Below, in pieces: positions 13,801 to 24,276 of a DNA stretch of 64,000 bases. The notes under the pieces are model-generated. The model did no database searches, had not been told where the DNA came from, and was given only the letters and a program-made list of their open reading frames with translations. The translations under genes were made by a program, and so were the position numbers. Source of the DNA: a virus; IMG/VR virus record IMGVR_UViG_3300020197_000008, positions 24,789 through 88,788 of that record. One strand, given 5' to 3'. Within the stretch, counting starts at the first letter, position 1. Every line of letters begins with the position of its first letter.

Positions 13801-15665
13801 TTTCTAATATTGAATGTCGCAGAAAAATTGCGAAGAAAGGGCACAGAGTGGATGTTGGGCATTGGCAAAGCGCGAACGAGGGGAACGAACATTGGATGTG
13901 AGCGATTTATGAGAATACTATGCGCAGCTTTGGGCATAGCTGGTGCAGAAAGGGTACAAAGAGACATATTCCCAAGCGGCTTCTCAAATGAGGGAGGCAA
14001 ATGGGAAGATCCAGATATAGGATTCTTAACCCACAATAAAGAGTTGGGCGATGAGCCGCCATACCTCGCCCAACTCCCGACTAACGAAAGCGCCATGGAA
14101 CACTGGAAGAATATTATAAAAAAGCAGGAGGAATCAACCGACCTAAAAGACGGAGTACACTATTGGAGAGCCAACAAAAGAATAGAGGAATTTAGAGATC
14201 GGAAATTCCTTCATAAATAAGGAAGAATATAATAAATACTTAAAGACGTTATTAAATCCTCCTGCGGGATATTTGGTTTTTTGGGCAGACGATACTGCCC
14301 CAAATGGCGGTCTAGGGCACTGCGGTGTGTCAGTTGGTCCTGTTACTTCGGGATCCGCTGACCGATTGACCACGTTTGGGAAAAAGGTAAAACTTCTTAG
14401 AAACGATGAGCAACATCATTTAATCCTTAGTGGAAAAGCGCTTGCCGAAAATGGTGTGGATACAGCTAATATAGTTGTATCGAGATATGTTGATCAATGG
14501 CCTAACAAGCCATCCTCTCATAAGAGCATACATGGTCAGTACCAGGGTGGATCTGAACATCCCGGAAATGATTATACTTTTTTGGGAGTGTCTAAGACTT
14601 GGCTGCCAAAAGGCGCTAAATCTCAAGAAGAGAACGAGGGCAATACTCTAAATGAGGAGTTCTATAGTCCTTCATACTTCGTTAGTTTGACTAAACCAAT
14701 AGATAAAGACGTAGTTTACGATTGTTTGAGAAAGGTGAACTTTTCTCCCGAACTAGCGGCAATCTTAACGTGCATTGCAGAAAGAGAAAGTAGTTTTCAA
14801 CCAGGCCAAATAAATCCCAATTTCGAAACTGGAGATTGGTCAATCGGCCTTTTCCAAATGAATCTTTTGGCTAAATTCAACCGATCAGCTCTTTTGGTGA
14901 ATCCAGATAGCGATTATAAACTACCATTTGTTACAAAAAAGAATGTAGCAGGTAGTGTGCAAGAGGAGGTAGAACTAGTGCGAGGAACAGTTCTTGCATA
15001 TTACCCTAACGATGATTTTTTCGAAAGTATGTATGAGATAGGCGAAAGAGTAAAAGGGCGAGTGTCCGATCTCATTACCGCTCAAAGATCTGATAGCTAT
15101 TCCGGGAAGGCGGTTGACACTATAATCAAACAAATGTACGAAGGATTTGTCAAAGGAAAAAAATCGGGACAGGTTGAGGAAAACAAAAGGGTAATAAAGA
15201 AATCGCTTTCATACAAGGATAAGGAGAATCCCGTGCTTTGGCAGCCGATAAATCAAGCTCTGATGGCAAGAACGTTTTGGATCTGGTCACACGGTGCATT
15301 TAGTTCCCTGAGTCAAGTTCCAGAAATAACGAAGCCGTTTGACACAGGAAACTATGGCAGCGGACTTTATCACTGGGGCGGTTATAAATTAGGAGATAGG
15401 TACGCCAAGGCAAATGGTTTTATTTTTAACACAAAATACGAAACTGCACAAGAGGTACTCAAGGACAATGAAAACATAACAGAAGCCGAAGCTAGACAAA
15501 GAATTGAAAAAGCTATTAAGGGACAGAGTCGGCGAATATATGCAAATTGACACCGATATAGACGATAAAAAAAGACTTATATATTCTAAACCAACTACAG
15601 AAGAAGATCTTGAAAGATGGTTTAATGGCGCTGTCTTGAATCCAAACGGGAATCCAGAACAATAA
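10836..15665 (+). CDS. Tail-associated multi-domain peptidoglycan hydrolase (~1608 aa): M15-like peptidase, two lytic-transglycosylase-like domains, Pro/Thr linker, CHAP/NlpC-like domain; three +1 shifts at CGG
   Basis: Shifts at 12240, 14200 and 15530 join ORFs 10836, 12265 and 14273 plus a last segment ending TAA at 15665, just before the next RBS/ATG. Motifs: SDHVFGRAFD...NIHISF; AIAVRESGLNP...GDYSYGLFQNN; CIAERESSFQP...GDWSIGLFQMN; GCERF...PPAGYLVFW...GHCGVSVG. Confidence 0.75.
13190..13320 (+). repeat. Coding tandem repeat, ~24-bp unit (P[V/G]TTTTAA), about 5 copies
   Basis: ccag(t/g)tacgacgaccacggc(c/t)gca repeated in tandem; seen directly. Confidence 0.9.
13552..13630 (+). repeat. Coding tandem repeat, 21-bp unit (TTTRAPV), 3 copies plus partial
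   Basis: accaccaccagggc(a/g)ccagtc repeated; seen directly. Confidence 0.9.
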
Positions 15666-15673
15666 GGAGAATC

Positions 15674-16036
15674 ATGAAACACTATCCAAAATATGACCAG
15701 AGGATAAATTCCGAATTTCAATCTCGTCGACTGCAGGAAACGAAGCCTCGCTTTGGAACCGTTATTTCTTATGATAAATTGACAAATACGGCTATGATTT
15801 TAATGGACGACAAACACTCGAATACAATAGGAAATGCGCACAGGGGCGTTTCATGTCCGAGCATTCAGGGAATTCAAGCAGTTGCGCCCAACGCCGGCTC
15901 CCGCTGCGTTCTCGGTTTTAGGGACGACTCAGAGACCACTCCTTATGTTATTTCATTTATTGAGGAAGGTTCTTCTATCGGAAAGTACGCACCAGCCTAC
16001 ATGGTTGACACTGGCATACCAAGGTATATGGTTTAG
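15674..16036 (+). CDS. Putative baseplate spike N-terminal OB-fold protein (gp5/gpV-like)
   Basis: RBS AAGGAG; pattern GTVISYD...VAPNAGSRCVLGFRDD...PYVI resembles spike OB domains; context. Confidence 0.55.
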   Translation: MKHYPKYDQRINSEFQSRRLQETKPRFGTVISYDKLTNTAMILMDDKHSNTIGNAHRGVSCPSIQGIQAVAPNAGSRCVLGFRDDSETTPYVISFIEEGSSIGKYAPAYMVDTGIPRYMV

Positions 16037-16039
16037 TTT

Positions 16040-16753
16040 ATGCAGGATATTAGCTCAAATTTAAATTTTAAATCACTAGCTGGCGATACTGCCACGGAAG
16101 TTGATGAAATTAGAAGAAGAAAAAACTTTTCGCCCAGAGAGGTGGGCATAACCCATCCTGACAATACTGGCTTTATACGAATAACTGATTCTGGAGATAT
16201 AGAAATATTTGCTGCGCCGGGTGTCGGAATTATTATAAGTGCAGCAACAAAAACCATAGCCTTGTTTGCCGATAATATTAAATTAAATTCAAAAGAAGAT
16301 GGTTTAAGGTGGAATATGAATACTTTTAATAGCTCTGCTACAGATTTTAGTGAACCAGCAATGATTCCAATGACCGCAAAAGACGCTAATCCAGGTTTTA
16401 AAAATGCAGATTATTTTATTAATAATATTAAAGATTCTTATGGAGAAGATTTTATAAATAATATTACTATAAAAGAAGGATATGAGAGTGTGACTGAGAC
16501 TGAAGACGCCTTAGCTAAAGGCTTACTTTTTCATAAAAATACAAAAGAATCGCCTATGTCAAAACTACTAGAAGCCTATAATCAATTGGAAGTTGAAATG
16601 TTAACTGAGTTTTGGACAAAAAACCAGCCGGCAATATCGAAGGCTTTTACTAGTTTCACATTTTACCTTGAATTTTTAAAAGAAAAAACAGATAATGGAC
16701 TTAATATTTCACAAATTTTAAACAACATCGCGCAAAATAATGGGAGTTATTAA
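16040..16753 (+). CDS. Putative baseplate spike-associated protein
   Basis: 237 aa ORF; beta-rich stretch GITHPDNTGFIRITDSGDIEIFA; lies between spike-like and gp25-like genes. Confidence 0.45.
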   Translation: MQDISSNLNFKSLAGDTATEVDEIRRRKNFSPREVGITHPDNTGFIRITDSGDIEIFAAPGVGIIISAATKTIALFADNIKLNSKEDGLRWNMNTFNSSATDFSEPAMIPMTAKDANPGFKNADYFINNIKDSYGEDFINNITIKEGYESVTETEDALAKGLLFHKNTKESPMSKLLEAYNQLEVEMLTEFWTKNQPAISKAFTSFTFYLEFLKEKTDNGLNISQILNNIAQNNGSY

Positions 16754-17133
16754 TGTCTGATTTATATATTGACATAAGTGGCGATCTGGCAATAAATGGC
16801 CTTGGGGACCTCGCTACGGTAAGAGATCAGGGCACAAAAGACATACAGCATGTTTATATTAGGTTGATGACTGAGCCTGGTGACTTCTATGTTTACCCCC
16901 AACTGGGGACGCAGCTGTCAATGCTGTACGGAATGCCCCAGACGCCACAAACTGGCGACTTTGGTAAGAGATTAATACGAGCAGCCCTTGAAAGAGAAGG
17001 CGTATTTCAAAATAGACAAATTACTATTGAAGCGGTGCCAGAAAGTGCAGATTCCATAAGATTTGATATTTATTTGGCTGGGAATAATTACGATCCAGTA
17101 GTGTTTTCCATAACTCAGGATCTGGGAGATTAG
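16753..17133 (+). CDS. Baseplate wedge / sheath initiator, gp25-like
   Basis: 126 aa; GDLA...RLMTEPGDFYVYPQLGTQL pattern; directly upstream of baseplate J-like gene. Confidence 0.75.
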   Translation: MSDLYIDISGDLAINGLGDLATVRDQGTKDIQHVYIRLMTEPGDFYVYPQLGTQLSMLYGMPQTPQTGDFGKRLIRAALEREGVFQNRQITIEAVPESADSIRFDIYLAGNNYDPVVFSITQDLGD

Positions 17134-17134
17134 T

Positions 17135-18304
17135 ATGCCATCAGCGGTGACAAAAACAAAAGAGCAAATGTTAATGACAGTTTTAGATGCTCTACAAAAA
17201 AACGCAGGAATTAACGCCACATCACCCGGCTCGATAGCCAGGGCCTTTGCGGAAACAATTAATTCTGAAATTTATGATCTGTACAACGCACTAAAGGTTA
17301 CTACTGAGCAGTCGAATTTGTCAAGCGCCAGTGGTTTTAATCTTGACATGATTGGATCCTTGTATGGAGTTACCAGAAGAACAATATCTGAAGAACTGGC
17401 TCAAGAAAGACTTTCTGGAAATATAGAATTTTTTACAAATAGGGTTCATAGTGCAAATATTTTCATACCCGCAAAAACCTTAATTTATAATGATACCACA
17501 AGTTATTCCTCTATTCAATATACCTACGAGCTTGTCGGAGAGGTTATTATTGAAGCTGGAAGCACCAGGGCGTACGGATCGGTAAAAGCAAAGTTTCCAG
17601 ACAACAATGTAACTGCGGTTAGAAATACACTGATTAGACATAATTTCATGGCTCCTCCGGGAATAGTCGTATTTTGCAATAACCCCAAAGAGGTTTACAG
17701 TACTTTAAATTCAGAATCGGATGACAACTACAGAAGAAGAATTATTTCAAAAATAAGAGGATCTAGTAGCGGCAGCGCGGAATCGCTACGATTCGCTACG
17801 TTGAGCATAAAAGGGATAAAAGACGTAAAAATAAGAGAGGCTTCTTTTGGAATGGGTTCTTGTGATGTTATAATTATTCCAGAGACTAGGTCAAACCTGA
17901 GTGCGCTAATACAGATTGTAATGGACGAGGTAAGAGCTATAAAGCCCATAGGAATAAACGTTAACGTTAGAATGGCAGAAAGAAAACTAGTTGATGTTAG
18001 TATGTCATTGGCAATGAGGCAGGGAACTTCTGCGGCGGCAGCAAGAGCAGTAGAAAATCAAGCGAGAATTTTTGTTCACAGATATTTAAATTCATTTTTA
18101 ATAGGTGACTCTTTGCTAATTTCTGAAATAGAAAGACAAGCAAGGCTTGCCTCTGATTTAATTACCTCAGCTGAGGTAAAGTCGGTAAGGGTTAATGATC
18201 AAAATATATCTGGCAGGAGCTTTACTTTAAGCGACGATAAATCCTACATGGCTGCTGGTTCATTGGGCATATATTCTGTTATAATGGGTAGTACAAATTA
18301 TTAA
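17135..18304 (+). CDS. Baseplate J-like protein
   Basis: PGSIARAF, ASGFNLDMIGSLYGVTRR, ESDDNYRRRI motifs typical of baseplate J family. Confidence 0.85.
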   Translation: MPSAVTKTKEQMLMTVLDALQKNAGINATSPGSIARAFAETINSEIYDLYNALKVTTEQSNLSSASGFNLDMIGSLYGVTRRTISEELAQERLSGNIEFFTNRVHSANIFIPAKTLIYNDTTSYSSIQYTYELVGEVIIEAGSTRAYGSVKAKFPDNNVTAVRNTLIRHNFMAPPGIVVFCNNPKEVYSTLNSESDDNYRRRIISKIRGSSSGSAESLRFATLSIKGIKDVKIREASFGMGSCDVIIIPETRSNLSALIQIVMDEVRAIKPIGINVNVRMAERKLVDVSMSLAMRQGTSAAAARAVENQARIFVHRYLNSFLIGDSLLISEIERQARLASDLITSAEVKSVRVNDQNISGRSFTLSDDKSYMAAGSLGIYSVIMGSTNY

Positions 18305-18315
18305 AAGGATGACAA

Positions 18316-19506
18316 ATGTCAGAACAATCTTATGTGGTTACAAAAAAACAGATAATAAAAGCAAAGAATATGACTCATGCAAGAATGATATCCGAAGGAT
18401 ATAGGGATTTTCCTGGCCAAATTCTTCATGAAGAAATAGATACCACGGAAAAAAATGAAGAGTATGCAGATGAAGAAAGCATATCGTTTATCGAACCCGA
18501 TGTAGAGAATTCATCAGTTTTTCTTAGGTCAGAAAATAGGCGCTTAGCAAAACTGGCTGAAAAATATAAAAATGTTAAAAGTGAAGCCGTAGTTTCCGTT
18601 TATCAAGCAGCGTTCGATGCGTTTTCTACTTTTGAACTGCCAAAAATAAAAGCTCCAATCCTAAAAAGTAACAGACAAACCAGTCCAGAGGCGGCAGTTG
18701 CCGTTTTTTCGGACTGGCAAATGGGTAAGGTAACTGCGAGTTACAATACACAAGTGCTTGAAAAAAGAATAGAATTGTATACTGAAAAGTTATTAGAAAT
18801 TACAGAAATACAACGACTGCACCACAATGTTGATGAGCTGCATGTTTGGCTTTTGGGTGATATAGTCGAGGGTGAGGAGATATTTGCGGGTCAAAGTCAC
18901 CTTCTTGACTCTGGACTTTATAGGCAGGTGGGTGTTAATGGTCCTAGAATTCTTTCTAAATTTTTAATAACAGCTTTAGAAAAATTCAAGAAAGTACATG
19001 TCTTAGGTGTAATAGGAAATCATGGTGCGGTCGGTGGTAAAATGAGAAAGCAGCATGATCCAGAAACCAATATGGATAGACTGCTTTATAAGATAGTGGA
19101 ATTAATGTTTGACAAAGAAGACAGAATTACTTTTAATATTCCAGATGGAAGAGGTGAAAGAAACTGGTATGCAATAGACAATATTGGTGATTACTCAAGT
19201 CTTCTTATACACGGGGATCAACTCCCATCGCCAGCTCAGTATTACGGGTATTACAAAAAAGTTATGGGCTGGAAAGATGGGGCAATACCAGAACACTTCA
19301 ATGATGTGTTTATGGGTCATTATCATCAACAGTTTAAAATGACAATTGGCAGTAGTATATTAAGGGTTTCTGGATCTCCAGAAAGTAGCAATGCGTACGC
19401 TCAAGAGTATTTTTCCTCAATGAGCAGGCCGTGTCAGCACTTAATGTTCATTCATCCAGAGCATGGAGTTACTTCTGAATACAGCGTATGGCTAGATGCC
19501 GTATAG
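18316..19506 (+). CDS. Calcineurin-like metallophosphoesterase
   Basis: Motifs SDWQ, GDIVEG, GNHG, HGD, GHYH. Confidence 0.85.
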   Translation: MSEQSYVVTKKQIIKAKNMTHARMISEGYRDFPGQILHEEIDTTEKNEEYADEESISFIEPDVENSSVFLRSENRRLAKLAEKYKNVKSEAVVSVYQAAFDAFSTFELPKIKAPILKSNRQTSPEAAVAVFSDWQMGKVTASYNTQVLEKRIELYTEKLLEITEIQRLHHNVDELHVWLLGDIVEGEEIFAGQSHLLDSGLYRQVGVNGPRILSKFLITALEKFKKVHVLGVIGNHGAVGGKMRKQHDPETNMDRLLYKIVELMFDKEDRITFNIPDGRGERNWYAIDNIGDYSSLLIHGDQLPSPAQYYGYYKKVMGWKDGAIPEHFNDVFMGHYHQQFKMTIGSSILRVSGSPESSNAYAQEYFSSMSRPCQHLMFIHPEHGVTSEYSVWLDAV

Positions 19507-19514
19507 GAGTGTAG

Positions 19515-22500
19515 ATGAAAACTTATTTACTTAGTTTTGTTACTCCTGATTTTTCTAAAAATGGAAAAATTTGGAGTACGCAAGGCGTTGACCTGTATGT
19601 AAATAAGTACTATACTAACTATTCCTATAGTCGATCTCCAACTGGATTAAACTCGATTGGAGATTTTGTTTTTACTGGCACTGAAGTTTTGTCAAACGCA
19701 ACTCCAACTATAGCTGAAGCAGTTGAGATCACAAATTATCGGAGAGTTGGTAGACGATAAAAATATTTTGGAATACTATCTGTTCAACTCAGAGTCTTTT
19801 CAAAATCAAAACCTTGTTTTCAATCCAGATTCATCTTCTACTCCAGTTTTTACTGCGGATTCTTTTATCGCAAGAAACTTAAGATTTGTTGATACCTCAT
19901 CAAGAATTGATGTAAGAACATTTAAGGGGGCCTTTTCCTCTATTATAAATACGGTTGAAGATATACAATTTACTTTAAATTTTTACGAATCTGATAGTCT
20001 GAATCGGTCCATATTTTTTGTCGACAACCGCCGAATCAAGCGCAATTGCCTCAATTCTGCTAGCAAAAAACTCTAAGAGATATGGAAAGTTTGAAGTAGT
20101 ACTTAACACGGAATTAACAGACTTAAGTGGTTTGTCGTTTGTGCTTTTGGTCGAAATTGCTATAGGCAATCCTATTAGCCCCGTCTTGTTTCAATCATCT
20201 AAGAACATACTTAAGAAATTTCCATCGTGGATGGCCCTAACAAACGACTCGCTTGATCAGGCAACACCAGATTCGTATGTTCCCAAAACAACTGCAGGAA
20301 AATTTATAAATGCAGTAGTCGGAGAGAACCTTGATGAATTTGATAGAGAGCTAGATCTTTTGAGGATAAATTCATTTTTGGATAGAGCCGACGAAAATCA
20401 AACTTGTTGGTTTTATTCTTCCGAAAATGTTAGTACAACTTTCCACAAAATATTAGCCAATGGTGTAGAGCTGACTAGGGTAGACGATCTTTCTGATTTT
20501 TTTAGATGTAAAAAAACTGATTATGTTTTTTATCATAACGCAGAAGATAGGCAGATCTTTACTTTAATAAAATACCATACCCTTGTAGCAAAGAATGAAA
20601 ATTTTCAATCAACCCCGTTATCTCAAGCGCCTGTTCAAAAATTTAACTGGTTTGACGAGCTGGGTTTAAGAGTTGGAGTTACTAGATTGCATCTTGAGGA
20701 TAATTTGTCATTTAAAAAAAGAATAATTGACGCATCGGTAAACCCAAACGGAACAGACGTTGAAGCATTTAAGAAGACCCTAAGAAGAGAATTGAATTTA
20801 TGGAAGGCATTTTCTGAAGATCAGATTGATTCGGTGTACTATCCTCAAACATACGACTATTTACAAAGCTCTGGGTCAACTCCCGAAGTGCTAGAAATGT
20901 CAGACATAATATATTCTACTCCATACTTTTTCCCCGATAAAAATCACACTGATAAATTCGTAGAATTTGTAAAACAATTAAATGTCAACTATCCAAACAA
21001 CTGGGGTTATTTTAAGTTTGATGATTCGCTGTGGGACTATGCAGGTTTAAATGAAGATGGTGTTTCCAGGTTAGCAGCAAGATATTATGATGATAAAATT
21101 GATCATGGTTTTTATCGACCAGGAATTGGCGATCAAGATGACCTAAAGTTGTCAATTAAAGATTTTAATGCAACACCGATATTTTTTCAAACAAACTTAG
21201 AAGCAAGAGGAATCAAAAAAACAGGCTCAACACCAGCTTATCATCCAATTAATATGGAGATTGATTACTACTCAGATTACAGCATAGTAGACTATGACAA
21301 CCCTCTGGCAACAATAAACTATACTCTTGAATTTCATGCTACACCACATGGCCTATATTCAACTCCAACCGTTTTTTATTCAACGCAATCAATTTATCCC
21401 AAAAACACGGGCCCGTATTCGGTGTCAAATCCACCCCAATGGATAGTGGGTGATATTTTTGATACCGAAGGATTTGTCGTTAGTGATATGGGTGTTAAAA
21501 ATAAAAATGATGGTAAACCTTATTCAAACACATTAAGAGGCGTCGCTACAAACAGGCTTGATATAAATCATGTAAAAAACATTTTACTCAAACTTGGACT
21601 TTGGAACGGTTCGTCCTACGTGCAAAAACTTTCTTCAGACTCCGGACAAATAAGGTTCTCGAACCTGCCAAATAATATTTTGAACTTTTCAAATTTAAAT
21701 TCTCAAATTTCTGCAACTCCATTCTTAAATCAATCAACCAAAATTCAGGCGGCTTCAAATCTCTGGAATCAATCCGAAAAAATAAAACAAACAATAAAAC
21801 AAGACGCAGAAATTATATTGAATCCCGCTTCTGCGTCTCCTCCTGTCAGTTATTCGATAAATGTTCCGTTAATGATAAACACAATACCCTATCCCCCTGG
21901 GGCTATACCCAGGTATGTTTATGTGGAAAATAAAAAACCTACAGAAAATATAATTGCAGGAATTCCATCTAGCTCTTCATCTGGAATAGAGGGTTATGGT
22001 GGCTATATTTTTGATCCAAACGTCAATTCTAACCTTTTTGTGCCGTCTTCTCCAAACGTAAAAGTTCATCTTGTTGGAGGTGGTGGTAACGATACAGAGT
22101 TTAATCCATATTTCTCGACAATAAAATTTCCCCACAATGCTACTCCAAATCAAATAGTTCTATCTGCACAGGATGGGAGCGCTTATCCTAAAGAAAAAAC
22201 TACATGGCTACCCTTTGTAGCTTATTCAACCCCAATTACTGGGTATGTTGACGAATATGGTTTTGTCGGATATAGGGCGGAAAACGGGGAATTTATTCCC
22301 AGCATGAATTCTGATTCAATACTGATTCCAGAAATATCTAGAGAAACCTTTGGTATTTCTGGTTCTGCAAAGTTCGAATACTTTTTTGAAAGTATATCCA
22401 TGATTGACCCTGAAGACATTGATGTCTTTATTTGGTCTGAACAAAAAATAGTAAATCCCTTTTTAAATAAAAATTATACTTTTAAATCAAATTCAATACC

Positions 22501-24268
22501 AACGATCTTGGCAGATTCTACCTATACATTAAAAACTCAAGAATATCCCAAAAATGCAATTATAGAAGAATACGTATTATCAAAAAATACTACAATTTTT
22601 AAAAACATTGAAGCTAAAGGTAAGCTATATGATTCTAGGCTTGAAGTTAGAGTTAATACTGGTTGGCTTAACATTGGGAAGGAACAATACTATGCCTACA
22701 GTAAACCCAAAAAACAAATATTTACTGGTAGGTTAAAAGAATTGACACTGGATACTTTACCTAAAGCTGGTGCTCCTATTGAAGTTGTTGTAAAAAAGCA
22801 GGGTGAATCAACCCCATACGCAGAATATAAAGAAATTGCATTTGAAGATTTGTCGACGCCTAGTAATCTTGGTTTTTTCAACGTTGAAATTCTCAGGCCA
22901 TCTTACGAGGATGAATTTTATTTAGCTTATAAAAATGTATATGATGTTAGCATAGTCGACGCCTTTACTGGTAGAATACTATTTGAGAATCTAAGTTCAA
23001 ATTCAAATATTCTATCTGCAAATACTTTCCCGCCTAGTGCAACTCCTATCTTTAGTAAAAATCACGACTATCAAATCACCTACAGGGTAAGAAACTCTTA
23101 TTATATCGATAATATATTGAATAATTCAGAGCATAAATCTATAGTCGTGTTTGATGCTACTCCAGATTTTTCCGCTCAATATGAGGTAACGTACGAACAA
23201 TCTCAATACGAAGACTCTACTCCTATATCTTTAAGTTTGGGTCAGGTTAGCGATTTGTTGGATCAAGGATTTATTTTGGCTAGTAAAGGTGAATACGAAT
23301 TTGAGTCGGCGGTTGTAAAAGTCTCTCACCCGAATATTATGGATGACTCAAAGGACTATATGATTATATCTATTGTTTCGTTGGATTCAAATAAAAATCC
23401 AAAGCCAGGTCAGAGTTTCCAAATTCAAAGTACACCAAATCAACAAATTCAATTTTATCCTGCCCTAGTAACAACAAATGAAGAGGGCTACGCGCTGTCT
23501 AGGGGAGTATATAATTCATATTTTGGTCCAGTCTCCAAAACTGAGAGGGGCAGTATAACGGTAGCTGGTGTTGGTGGTATATCTTCTTTCAGTAAGTCCT
23601 GCGATTACAGTGTTCATTCGAGCTACACTGATCCACATAAAATAGTAATAGTTGCCGATCCCGCCGTTGTTAAAGCCGACGGTCTATCTAGCGTTTTCGT
23701 GGAAGGATTGGCTATGAAAAATAATGTTCCGATGGAAGGAATCGTTGTTTATTGGAAAAAATCAAGAACTCCATTTTCAGCGGTAAATAAAAAAACCTAC
23801 ACTAGTTCAAGTGCGCTTATCGGAGAATCGGGTACAGTTATAACGGGTTCAGAAGGTAAGTTTACGATTGGTCCAATCTTTGCAATGAATAGGGCTACTC
23901 CAGGCTACTGGTATCTCGCAGCAGAATCAGAATTTAAAACGAATTTCGATTCTCATGCTACCCCAATTGCTGGAGATGTGACCTATTGGTATGAGTCATA
24001 TGATAACGTTGATCTTAATTACGTTGCTGATTTAAAGGTTGTTGATGTTATAACCTACAATAGGGATGAATCTTTGGAGCTATATTCAACTCCTAGCTTC
24101 ATTACCAGTTACTATGATGAACAGTTGATTATACCCACTGGATCAACCCCAAGATGGACTCCGCCTAAATGGCTACCCATCTCAAGATATGAGCAATACC
24201 AAGCGGGGCTGCTGGGCTCAACCCCCTATTATATATCTGATTATAAAAATTTAAAGAAAGATAATTAG
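19515..24268 (+). CDS. Large virion/baseplate protein (~1583 aa) with C-terminal Ig-like segments; two +1 shifts at CGG
   Basis: RBS AGGAG before ATG 19515; shifts at 19740 and 20005 join ORFs 19515, 19723 and 20018; Big/invasin-like VADPAVVKADGLSSVFV segment. Confidence 0.7.
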
Positions 24269-24276
24269 GTTTTAAA

